Positions 26,210 through 38,089 of a stretch of DNA of 64,000 bases are shown in pieces (the stretch's first letter is position 1; every line of letters begins with the position of its first letter). The position numbers were made by a program, and so were the translations under genes. The stretch covers positions 164,051,415-164,115,414 of the forward strand of contig NC_092375.1 in assembly GCF_030028105.1 (NCBI RefSeq), read 5' to 3'. The notes beneath the pieces were generated by a model. The model was not told the DNA's origin. It did not search any database and was given only the letters and a program-made list of their open reading frames with translations. The stretch is from Mobula birostris (taxonomy: Eukaryota).

Positions 26210-26355
26210 AACAATCTACTACTGGACGAAAGTGGATCAAATAGCATCTGTGGAGGGAGAAGAAATGTCGACATTTCAGGTTGAAACCCTGTTGGGTTCC
26301 TCAACAGTTTTTGTTTGTTGCTTCACATTTCAGCATCTGCTGTCTCTTGTGTCTC
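26210..26355 (+). mobile_element. Older degenerate member of the same fold-back family
   Basis: AGCATCTGTGGAGGGA...GTCGACATTTCAGGTTGAAACCCT (inverted-arm remnant) followed by tail TTTCAGCATCTGCTGTCTCTTGTGTCTC. Confidence 0.5.
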
Positions 26356-29300
26356 TATTACTAAACTCTTGTGTCTTCGTATACATGATGAAAGACGTTA
26401 GTAGCTGGTTGCTTTTAACAAGATAGTAATAATTTATCTGGATAAATTGTCAGTCTGGCTCTCTTGAAAAGATGCTTCAGTACTGCTCTAGAATGTAAGG
26501 TTACAAGTTAAAAACCTTCTTCCTTTTTGCCTCCTCTTTGCCATCATGGAAATTATCAGTCAGGATCTAATTTTCGGTCAAATCACTAGTTGAACTGAGT
26601 GCAAGATCAGAGTCAGTTTCCAGTATGTATAGTGAATGATCTTAACATCCTTGAGTTCTGCTGCTGGACTCCTTGGGGAATCCAGAAGTGAAAATCATTG
26701 CTGCGTGAGTATGGGCCTTCTGTGTTTAACTATTATGAACAAAATTTGCAGACAGGGAAATGAAAGAAGCTTATTCAAAACTACAATATTTTCCAGGAAA
26801 ATCAGTACCATTAATGTTTCATAATTTTGGAAATAAAATGCAGAACTTAAACAAAACTTTTGTTTTTAAAGCGGCATGTATTCATGGAATAAGCAGGTAA
26901 TGAAGGCCTTCCCATCTTGAACATACTACTGAAAACAACACAATCCATCACATATGTTTGAAAGAGCTCTTCAGTGGAAAGTATGATTTCTCTGCAGAAC
27001 AATAAAATTTAACTCTGCATTTGAAGCTTTACTTTAGTTAAGTGTTTTCATTAGTTTCTAAATTAAATAGTTTTCCCTTAAAAAGTCACACAAAGGAATC
27101 TGTAGAATAAGGCGTTGCATTATAACTGGTTCAATGAATTCTCATTAACATTCAGGACAAGAGCATGCGTTAGATCTACTTGCCTTTTAAACTACATTTT
27201 ACAATTTGTACTCATTGGCAACAGGCCTTTTCTTCTATTTTATTTGCTTATCTGTCATGTCTAATGATATCAGATGTTGGTTTGGTTTGTCTGAGAAAAG
27301 CTAATTATCCTGATTTTCTGCACTCCTTAGAATAATAACTCATCAGCTTTGGATTTGTCATCCCTTCTTTGCTAGAGTGCCAGTTAAATTATGGAAGTGT
27401 AGAGCACTGATTTCCTTCTGTCTCAGCTGTTTATCATTGAAAGGGATGTGCTATTTTTAGCAACGATACAATGTTCTTAGATGAATCTTCATCTGTGTGG
27501 CTTGATCTGGCCATGCTGAGGAACCAATAATTGTAACATTGCCGTCTTTGAATATGTGACTGAAAGTGATTATCCTCACTGCCAATGGGGACTTGCGCTG
27601 CCTGTTTCTACATGTTTTGCTGCTTGGATTTCTTACGAGAGCTGCATTCTCTTCATGGTAACACATAGCAGCACATTGCTATTGAACTGAAGTGACATAG
27701 CTTTCTTTTCAAAATGACTCTGAAGTGTCCATTTTCATCCTCAAAAAGGTGCAGACAGTGGACAGGATTTTGAATGAACCATGGCTCACTCTGTTACCTG
27801 GAAACTCTGAAGCTGTGCTGATTTTAAAAGAATAGCTGATTTCTGGATTTGTAACAAAGATCATCAAACTAGAAACTGTGGAGTTTTTAACAGCACAGTT
27901 ATCAATTAGACTAGTTCTTTACGGCATTTTTGATCCAATATATTTGATGCTGCAGTCATAATGTGGAGTGGATTTCTCAACAAAGGTGAGTACCAAATAA
28001 TCTACATTTCAGTACATAACCAACAGAGAGATAATCTGGCTATTAATCTTTCAACCCAAATACGTCTGCTTAATCCATTATTTTAATAGCAGCCATGACA
28101 GAATAAGTACTAATAGGACGACCCTTGTGTACTTATCTTATTTTATGTTTGAGTGTCTTCTACACGGTTTAGTGCTGTCCTTTTAAGCATGTTTGTTGAA
28201 GCGTATATTTGCGAACTATCTGTTATGGTAGTTCTTCAGTTCTGTGTGGTGTAATGACCTTCCTGGAGATGTCCTTGAAATACTGGCTTGTTTTTTTTTG
28301 GTAGATAAATTATACTGATGTGACAAACTTCCCAGAAAATTTTAGATTCCCATTTCTAGAGGTGAGTACTCATTTATGATGGACGATGGGCAGTGTTTGA
28401 AATAAAGATAATGTATTACCAAACATTTTCAGCAATGTTTCTCTATTTTTATAAAAAATGTAAAGAGCAGTGCAGCAGGCAACATGAAAGACTCATTATT
28501 AATAGCTTTTAAGCTTGTTGGTGCAATTTTTATTTTGATGGTAAAATCCTTCAGGATGACGAACTAACATTGCTTTTGTAGTTTTGAATAAATGAAACCA
28601 CAGTGAATATGTTATTTGTCATCTTTTCTGAATTAGGTGTGAGCTAAAATTTGCAGCTGTAAAATATTATAAACAGATTTATAGCATATGCTTCACTGGA
28701 GAAATTATACATGCCATTTTTCAAAGCATGAATATTTTTATCAGCAGCTTTTCCTTATTTCTGAATAACCATATGTTGCCTTGTGAAAAGTTAAATGATG
28801 TGTGGAATGGTCTGAAGTAACCCTGGCAGTTCTTTAGAATAGATGTAACTGGTGGGTTGGGCGTGTAGAAGTGTTCAAAAGCTCTATAATACTAATTCAC
28901 AGATAACTAATTTCCTCCTTGTACATTAGAATGCATTTAAACCTTTATCCTTACTGTTAGGGATAAAATAATGAAATATCCTAATTAATTCCTACTTTAC
29001 CCTTTTTATCAGTAGACTAGCAACTGATTAGACGAGATACTGAATTACCAAAGTTCAAAGTGAATTTTATTATCAAAGTACATGTACGTCGTCATATTCA
29101 ACCCTGAGATTCACCTTCCTGTGGGCATGCGCCATAAATCTATAGAATAGTAGCTGTAACAGGATCAATGAAAAATCACCCAGAGTTACAGAAGGGAACA
29201 AACTCTGCAAATGAAAATATAAATAAATGGCAATAAATAACGAGAACATGAGATAATAAGACTGAGTCCTTCAAAATGAGATCATTGCTTGTGGGAACAT

Positions 29301-30221
29301 TTCAATGATAGGGCAAATGAAGTTGAGTGTAGTTATCCCCTTTTAGTGAAGACCCTGATGGTTGAGGGGTAGCAACTATCTTGAACCTGGTGGTGTGAGT
29401 CCTAAGGCTCCTGTATATTCTACCTGATGGCAGCAGTGAGAAGAGAGCAGAGACTGGGTGGTGGGGATCTCTGATGATGGATACTGCTTTTCTACAGCAA
29501 CGTTTCACATAGATGTGCTCCATGGTTGGGAGGGTTTTACCCGTGATGTACTGGGCCGAAATCCACTACTTTTTGTAGGATTTTCCATTCAAATACATTG
29601 GTATTTCCATACCAGGCTGTGATGCAACCAGTCAGTATACTCTCCACTACATACCTATAGGTGTTTATCAAAGTTTTAAATGTCATGCTGAATCTCCAAA
29701 AACTCCCAAGGAAGTAGAGGTGTTGTTGTGCTTCCTTTGCAGTTGCACTTATGTGCTGGAATCAGGACAGATCCTCTGAAATAGTAGCACACAGGAACTT
29801 AAAGTTGTTGTCCCTCTCCACACTGATCCTCTGATGAGGATTTGGTAACGACTTCTGGTTTCCTTCTCCTGAAGTCTACAATCAGTTCCTTTGTCTTATT
29901 GACATTGAGTGATAGGCTGTTGTTATGACACCACTCAGCCAAATCTACAATCTCCCTCCTATATGTTGATTCATCACCACCTTTGATTTGGTTCACAACA
30001 GTGGTGACATCAACAAACTTAAATATAGCATTGGAGCTGTGCTTAGCCACACTGTCATAAGAGTAAAGTAAGTAGAGCAGGGAGCTAAGCACACTGCCTG
30101 TGGTGTACCTGTGCTGATGGAGATTGTGGAGGAGATGTTTTTGCCAATCTGAACTGACTGGGGTCTAAAAGTGAGGAAACTGTGGACCAATTACACTAGG
30201 AGGTATTGAGGCCAAGGTCTT

Positions 30222-30902
30222 AGGTTAGATTAGATTATGAGGACACTTAGTCCTTGTTTATTGTCATTTAGAAATGCATGGATTAAAAAATGATACAATG
30301 TTCATCCAGAGAGATATCACAGAAACACAGGACAAACCAAGAGTAAAACTGACAAAACCACACAATTATAACATATAGTTACAACAGTGCAAAGCAATAC
30401 CGTAATTTGATAAAGAGCAGACCATGAGCACAGTAAAAAAAGGCTCAAGTCCCAATAGCCCCATCATCGCACACAGACGGTAGAAGGGAGAAACTCTCCC
30501 TGCCATGAACGCCCAGCGCCGCAAACTTGCTGATGCATTGGAAGCATCCGACTGCAGCCGACTCTGAGTCTGTCCGAAAACTTCGAGCCTCCAACCAGTT
30601 CTCCGACACCGAGCACCGAGCACCATCTCTGCTGAGCGCTTCGACCCCGTCCCGGCCGCCGAGCAACAAGCAAAGCCGAGAACTCGGAGCCTTCCCCTCC
30701 GGAGATTTCGGATCACTCAGTAGCAGCGGCAGCGAAGCAGGCATTTCAGAAGTTTCACAGATGTTCCTCCGTGCTCTCACGTCTGTCTCCATCAAATCAG
30801 GATTGTGCACGGCACCCTACCTGACAGATAACAGATATCATTTACCAGAGTGGCCGCGCAAGCTGCATTGTGCCGCCATCTTCTCCTCCCGCCTTCTCCT
30901 CT
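30222..30902 (-). mobile_element. Non-autonomous, GC/CpG-rich SINE-like element nested in Rex1
   Basis: Splits host sequence GGTCTT|GGAGCTT. On the minus strand it starts GGAGGAGAAGATGGCGGC and ends GACAATAAA...(AATCT)n. No LINE coding motifs. Confidence 0.7.
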
Positions 30903-31993
30903 GGGAGCTTATTGATTAGTTTTGAGGGGACAATGGTATTGAATGCTGAGCTGTAGTCAACAAAGAGCATCCTGATATATGTATCTTTGCTGTCCAGAGG
31001 TTCAAGGATTGAGTGAAGAGTCAATGAGATGGCATCTCCTGTGGATCTGTTGCTCCAGCAGGCAAATTGGAGCAGATCCAAGACACCTCTCAAGCAGGAG
31101 CTGATATGTTTCATCACCAACCTCTCAAAACACTTCATCACTGGGTGATAGTCATTGGAAGTAGGTCACCACACTCTTCTTGGGCACCTGTATAATTGAA
31201 GCCTGCTTGAAGCACACACCGTTGAAGTGAGAGGTTAACACACCAGCCAGTTGGTCAGCACAGATCTTTAGTACTTGGCCAGGTACCCCGTCCGGTTCAG
31301 ATGCTTTCCGTGGATTCACCGTCTTGAAGGCTGCCGCGTGTTAGCCTCAGAGACTGAGACATAGGATCATCGGGGGATGTAGGAGCTTTCGATGGGTCCT
31401 CCATGTTGTGATGGTCAAAACAAGCACAGAGCGCTTTGAGTTCATCTGCAGCAAAGACCTGCTGTATCCAATGTCACTTGAGTTAACATTATAAGAGGTG
31501 ATGGCATTCAAGCCCTGTCACAGCTGGCGAGCATTGCTCATTGATTCAAGTTTGGTTCGAAATTTCCACTTCGCCCGAGAGCTGGCTTTCTGGAGATCAT
31601 TACTGCACCTCTTGTAGCTTTCTTGATCTTCAGACTTGAATGCCTCTGATCTGGGCCTTGGCGGGTTTCATATCTCATGGTTCATCCAGGACTTCTGATT
31701 GGGGAAGACTGTGAATGATTTAATTGAGATACATTTGTCTACAGTTGTTTTAAGAGAGTCCAAAACAACCACAGTGTATTCATTCAGATCCACAGGTGAG
31801 TTCTTGAACAAGTCCCAGCCTACTGACTCAAAGCAATCCCTTAATCGCTCCTTTGCCTCCCGCAACCACCTCTTTGCTGTCCTAATCTCTGGAGCTTTGC
31901 TTTTTGGCCTCTGCCTGTATGCAGTTGGGAGAAGGACAACCAAAATATGTTCTTGCAAGGAATGGTAGGCATTCCTTACCTTAGTATAGCAGT

Positions 31994-32768
31994 ATAATGT
32001 TCACCTGGCGGAGAATCTCACCTGGTCCCTCAACACCAGCTCCATAGCCAGGAAAGCCCAGCAATGTCTCTACTTTCTGTGAAGGCTGAGAAAAGTCCAT
32101 CTCCCATCCTCACCACATTCTACAGAGGTTGTATTGAGAGCATCCTGAGCAGCTGCATCAGGGCCTGGTTCGGGAATTGCACCGTCTCAGATCGCAAGAC
32201 CCTGCAGTGGATAGTGAGGTCAGCTGAGAAGATCATCGGGGTTTCTCTTCCCGCCATTACAGACATTTACACCACACACTGCACCCGTAAAACCAACAGC
32301 ATTGTGAAGGACCCCACGCACCCCTCATACAAACTCTTCTCCCTCCTGCCATCTGGCAAAAGGCACCGAAACATTCGGGCTCTCACGACCAGACTGTGCA
32401 ACAGTTTCTTCTCCCAAGCCATCAGACTCCTCAATACCCAGAGTCTAGACTGACATCTACATCATTTATTATTATATTGTAATTTGTCCTCTACTGTGCC
32501 TATTGTCTTGTTTATTATTTATTGTACTGCCCTGCACTGTTTTGTGCACTTTATGTAGTCCTGTGTAAGTCTGTAGTCTAGTGTAGTTTTTGTGTTGTTT
32601 TACGCAGTCTAGTGTAGCCTTATGTTGTCTCACTTAGTCTAGTGTAGTTTTGTGTTGTTTCATGTAGCACCATGGTCCTGGAGGAACGTTGTTTCATTTT
32701 TACTGTGCACTGTACCGGCAGTTTATGGTCGAAATGACAATAAAAAGCAACTTGACTTGACTTGACTT
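31994..32768 (+). mobile_element. Younger Rex1-like LINE 3' end nested in opposite orientation
   Basis: ORF 32064-32453 (ILTTFYRGCIESILSSCIRAWFG..DRKTLQ..LLPSGKR..NSFFSQAIRLLN); ~30-bp repeats in the UTR; (CTTGA)n tail; splits host AGCAGT|GGTC. Confidence 0.92.
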
Positions 32769-33334
32769 GGTCTACTGTGTTGAGAATTCTGTTACTACAG
32801 GTCATATGCTGGTGATAATTTGGCAGGGTTCTCTTCAAGCAAACCTGGTTGAATTCTCTGACTATAATTTCAAATGTGCTGTTTCTTGTTTGCAGAGGAC
32901 AAACCACTATGTGCTATATTAAAGTTCTCTCAGAAATAATTTGTTTTAAATTATATTATTATGTTAGTGTGGAGGAATTTGCTACCAAAGTTGTTAATGC
33001 TGATGTTCAGCCCTGAAAATGTGCACAAATCCAGGGAACAGCAAGATTTAAAACTGGTGGTATTTATGTATTTGTCAAGCTGCCCAGTCCAACTATTACT
33101 TCTGAAAATGTTACTGTTCTTGGTGACATTGCATCCTTCATTACTTCTGACTTTCTCTCAGCCTATGCTGTCCCAACTGTGCATTACAAAAAACCAGTAC
33201 CATCCCTGTGTTCCACATGTTCATAGCTGAGCTCATCCAAGACATTCCCCAACTTGCAGCTGTTGACAGTCAGCTAAAGTTACCACACTTTGCTGTTGTC
33301 TATCAGACTGGACTTCTCCATCAGTGAACATTTT

Positions 33335-35900
33335 ATAGAGTCATAGAAAAGCACATCAGAGAAACAGTCCCATCTGGTCTGTGCTGAGCCATTTAATCTG
33401 CCTACTGCTATCGACCTGCATCGAGACCATAGCCCTCTGTTCCCCTACCATCCGTGTACCTATCCAGACTCCTCTTAAGTGTTGAAATCGAGCTCACATC
33501 CACCACTTGTGCTGGCAGCTCGTTCCCCACTCTCATGACCCTCTGAGTGAAGAAGATTCCCCTCGTGTTCCCCTTAAACTTTTCACCTTTCACCCTTAAC
33601 CATTGACCTTTAGTGTTAGTCCCACCCAACATCAACAGAAAAAGCCTGCTTGCATTTATCATATTTATACCCCACATAATTTTCTATATCTGTCAAATCT
33701 CCTCTCTATCTTCAATGTCCTCAAGAATATAGTCCTAACCTATTCAATCTTTCCTTATAACTCGGGTCCTCCAGTCCCGGCAACATCAGTATAAATTTTG
33801 TATGTACTCTTTCAGCCTACATTCCAAAGAGTAAAGTCCTAACCTATTCAATCTTTCCTTATAACTCAGGTCCTCCAGTCCCGGCAACATCATTATAAAT
33901 TTTGTATGTACTCTTTCAACCTTATTTACATCTTTCCTGTAGGTAGGCTACAAAAGCTGCATACAATACTCCAAATTATGCCTTAGCAACATCTTATTCA
34001 GCTTCAACATAACATCCCCTCTCCTGTACTCAGTACTTTGATTTATGAAGGCCAATGTGCCAAAAGCTTTTTTATGATCCTATCTACCAAGTACATTTTT
34101 GCCAGAAAACAGCCTGCCCCAATCCACACTAGCCAGATCCTTCTTGATATCATCCAGATTGGCCTTTCTACATTTAGAAGTTCAACCCGCTGACCCCACT
34201 TGCCTTTTTCCATATTTACTTGAACCTAATGGCATTATGATCACTAGATGCAAAGTGTCCCCTATGCTAACTTTTGTCACCTGCCCTGTCTCATTCCCAA
34301 ATTGCAGATTTAAGTATTGCACACTCTCTCATTGGGACTTCTATGTATTGATTAATGAAACTTCCCTGAACACATCTGACAAACTCTTTCCAATCTTGTC
34401 CTTTTACAGTCTTGGAATCCCAGACAATATGTGGAAAGTATGTAATATGTAAAATCACTTACTATAACAACCTTATGTTTCTTGCAGCAGTCAGCAATTG
34501 CTCTACAAATTTGGTCTTATAAATCGCACAGACTGTTGGATGGTCTGTAATAGAGATCCATTAACATAGTCATACCTTTCTTATTCCTATGTTTCACCCA
34601 TAACACCATACTAGGCAGGTTCTCCAGTCTGACTTGACGGAGCCCTGCTGTGACATTTTCCCTGACTAGTAACACCACCCCACTGCCTTTAATCCCTCCT
34701 TCTCTATCATGTCTAAAGCAATGGAATCCTGGAATACTGAGCAGCCAGTCCTGGGTCTCCTGTAACCAGGTTTCGCGAATGTTTACCTTATCATAATTCC
34801 ATGTGTTGATCCATGCCTTGAGCATTTGTATATAAGCATCAAGCTCAACCTTTTGATTCATGACTTTCTCTGAGGTCATGACAACATCTGTCTCCACAAC
34901 ATCTCCGCTATCTGTTCTGGCACTCCGATTCCCATTCCCCTGCAACTTTTGTTTAACCTAAACCTGCCCACCTCCCCCCTGTGCAGCACTAGCAAACTTT
35001 CCTGCTCGGATATTAGTCTCACTCCAAGGGTCTAAGCCGTCTCTTCTGTCAGGTTCCACTTTCCCTGGAAGAGAGCCCAGTGATCCAAAAACCTTAGCCG
35101 CATGTCAAACTCTGTTACTGACGTCACCAGCATATGGCACAGGTAGCAATCCTGAGGTCACAACCCTGGAGTTCCTGCCTTTTAACCTGGCACCAAACTC
35201 TCTGAACTCACTTTGCAGAACCTTCTCACTCTTCTTACCCATATCATTAGTTCCTTGACCTCTGGCTGTTCACCCTCCCACTTAAGAATGTTGAAGACTC
35301 GATCCAAGGTATCCCATGCCCTGGCATCCAGGAGGCAGCATACCATATGGGAATCTTGTTCTCGTCCGTAGAACCTCCTTTCTGTTCCCCTAACTAACGA
35401 GAACCCTATCACCACAGCTCTTATCTTCTCCCCCTTCCTTTCTGAGTCACAGAGCCAGACTCAGTGCTAGAGACCTAACCACCGTGACTTTCCTCTGCTT
35501 GGTCTCTGCCGCCCCCCCCCCCCCCAACCAATAGTATCCAAAGTGGTATAGCTGTTATTGAGGGGGATGGCCACAGGGGTACACTGCATTGGCTCCTTAA
35601 CCCATTTCCCCTTCCTACGTCCTGCACCTCGGATGTAAGGACCCCTTTATATGTTGTATCTATCGCCCTCTCAACCTCTCGAATGATCCAGAGTTCATCC
35701 AGTTCCAGCTCCAGCTCCTGACATGAAGTGTTAGACGCTGCAGCTGGATGCATTTCTTGCAGTGCAGTTGTCAGGGACACTGGAGGTCTCCCTGCTTTCC
35801 TCTATCCCATAAGAGGAGCATCCCACTATACTGCCTGGCATCCCTACTGTTCTAACTGAGCAATATAAAGAAGGAAAAACAATAAGTAAACTGTGAGGGA
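33335..35900 (-). mobile_element. CR1 LINE with ORF1, endonuclease and 3' end; RT core deleted (~34090)
   Basis: Minus ORFs: ELELELDELWIIRE (ORF1 coiled coil), VIGFSLVRGTERRF..VCCL (esterase-like), ETWLQE..IPGFHCFRHDR.GG..GV.LLV..YYRP (endonuclease), TKGQWLRVKG..FFTQRV (C-terminus); tail ATAGAGTCATAG. Confidence 0.88.
33731..33918. repeat. Tandem duplication inside CR1, 104-bp period
   Basis: AGTCCTAACCTATTCAATC...GTACTCTTTCA at 33731-33814 and 33835-33918. Confidence 0.9.
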
Positions 35901-36097
35901 AAAAAAAGTCTCAAAACCTTGAAGAGCTGAAGCCTGAAAATCTCCATTCTAACACTGCCCACTCTAACAATGGCCACTCTACTTGTTTTTATTTGCTTTT
36001 GCCAATCTATCAAGATCACTGATCAGCCACTGCTCAAAACACCAAACTGCCACAAGTTGATGCCTTATGCACTTAGTTGGCAATCCTGAGTTATATA

Positions 36098-37550
36098 CAG
36101 TGCCTATAAAAAGTATTCACCCCCCCCCCCGAAAATTTTCATGTTCTACTGTTTTGCAACATTGAACCACAGTGGATTTAATTTGGCTTATTTGATACTG
36201 ATCAACAGAAAAAGACTCTTTTGGGTCAAAGTGAAAACAGATCTCTATAAAGTGATCTAAATTAATTAGGAAAAGAAAACACAAAATAATTATTTACATA
36301 AGTATTCACCCCCCTTCAAGTCAATATTTAGTAGATGCACCTTTGGCAAAAATTACAGCCTCGAGTCTTCATGGATAGATCTCTTACAGCGTTGCAATCT
36401 GGACACTGCAATTTTTTGCCCATTCTCCTTTACAAAACTGTTCAAGGTCTGTCAGATTACACGGGGATTGTGAGTAAACAGTCCTTTTGAAGTCCAGTCG
36501 CAGGTTCTAAACTGGATTGAAGTCCGGACCTTGACTTGGTCACTCTGGGACATTAACTTCGTTGTTTTTAAGCTATTGGTATGTAGCTTTGACTTTATGC
36601 TTGGGATCATTGTCTTGCTGGAGAACAAATCTTCTGCCAAGTCACAGTTCTCTTGCAGACTGCATCAAGTTTTCCTCCAGGATGTCCCTGTATTTTGCTG
36701 CATTCATTTTACCCTCTACCTTCACAAGCCTTTCAGGGCCTGTTGAAATGAAACATCCCCACAACATGAAGCAGCCACCATCATGCTTCACGGTAGGGAT
36801 GGTGTGATATTTTTGATGAGCAGTGTTTGGCTTATGCCAGGCATCGCATTTAGTCTGATGGCCAAAAAGCTCAATTTTGGTTTCACCAGACCACAGAACC
36901 TTCTTCCAGCTGATTTCAGAGTCTCCCACATGCCTTCTGACAATGTCTAGCTGAGATTTCATGTGCGTTTTTTTAACAGTGGCTTTTTCTTTGCCACTCT
37001 CTCATAAAGTTGTGACTGGTGAAGCACCTGGGCAACAGTTGTTGTATGCATAGTCTCTCCCATCTCAGTCACTGAGCTTGTAGCTCCTCCAGCGATGTCA
37101 TAGGTCTCTTGGTGGCCTTCCTCACTAACCCCTTCTCGCACAGCCACTCAGTTTTTTGAGGACAGCCTGCTCTAGGAAGATTTACAGCTGTGTTATGCTT
37201 TCTTGATGATTGACTTAACTGTATTCCAAAGGATATTCAGTGACTTGGAAATTTCCTTGTATCCATCTCCTGACCTGTGCTTTTCAATAACCATTTTGTG
37301 GAATTGCTTGGAGTTTTATTTTGCCTTCATGGTGTAGTTTTTGCCAGGATACTGACTCACCAGCCCTTGGACCTTCCAGATACAGATGTATGTTTGCTGC
37401 AATCAATTGAAACACCTTGACTGCACAAGTGATCTCCATTTCACTAATTATGTAACTTCTCAAACCAATTGGCTGCAACAGTGATAACTTGGTGCATCAT
37501 ATTAAGGGGGGGGGGGTGAGTACTTATGCAATCAATTATCTTGTGTTTTG
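36098..37550 (-). mobile_element. Tc1-family (IR/DR type) DNA transposon, decayed transposase, one end truncated
   Basis: TA|CAGTG end at 36096-36102. AAGTATTCACCCC direct repeats (~36111 and ~36300) with the inverted copy at ~37506-37527. Minus-strand transposase from ATG ~37330: KKVLWSGETKIELFG, PTVKHDGG..MLWGCF, GKMNAAKYRDILEENL, frameshifted FQQDNDPKH. Confidence 0.92.
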
Positions 37551-38089
37551 TTAACATATATATAGTGTCTGTGTGCATGTGCGTGCGTATGTATATATAA
37601 CATCATCAAAACTGTGATGATAATTAGTTACAATACCAAACATATGACCACTATGTAACTTACCAGATGTATTGAGATATGGCAGTACACTGGTACCACC
37701 CAGCATTGTTTTATATCAACTTTTTCCATGCAAAAGTAACTTAACTAAGCTGTCAACACTTCGTAGGTTACAGTGTTCTACCTTGACTCACTGAAGCATG
37801 TAGGTTTATAATGGAAGAACAGACTAATTTTAGATTGAAAAAGTATCTGCAGTTTCAGTGTAGCATTAATTTAGCAGATTGTTGCAAGAATTAGACTAAG
37901 GTCAAAATGATACAACAGGATCAAAGGTTTGAAGTGCAAGGAGCAACCATTCATATTTAATATTGGTAAATTCAGATCTAAATCTTTTATCAATAGTACT
38001 TTGAAGTTAGCTTCAAAAATTCATCGCAGTTGGATCCTATTTGATTGATAGACTAGGAGGAAATAAAAATTATGCTGAAGTGGGTCCCT

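Larger units (their letters stand above)
29049..32870 (-). mobile_element. Long Rex1-like LINE (host segments 29049-30221, 30903-31993, 32769-32870) interrupted by two younger insertions
   Basis: Collinear minus ORFs: EFNQVCLK..LPNYHQH; LRDCFESVGW..VFPNQKSWMN; [20 protein letters not shown]; KFVDVTT..WCHNNSLSLNVNKTKELIVDFR; LLPSGRIYRS. Tail CAAAGTTCAAAG..TTATTATCAAAG. Confidence 0.9.

Noticed and set aside
30366-30919. Cluster of 69-130-aa ORFs on both strands
   Set aside because: Stop-poor GC-rich repeat with no recognisable domain or splice structure.
32555-32670. Regularly spaced ~30-bp repeats resembling a CRISPR array
   Set aside because: Tandem units with no unique spacers, part of a Rex1 3' UTR also present at ~6830 and ~40330; eukaryotic context.
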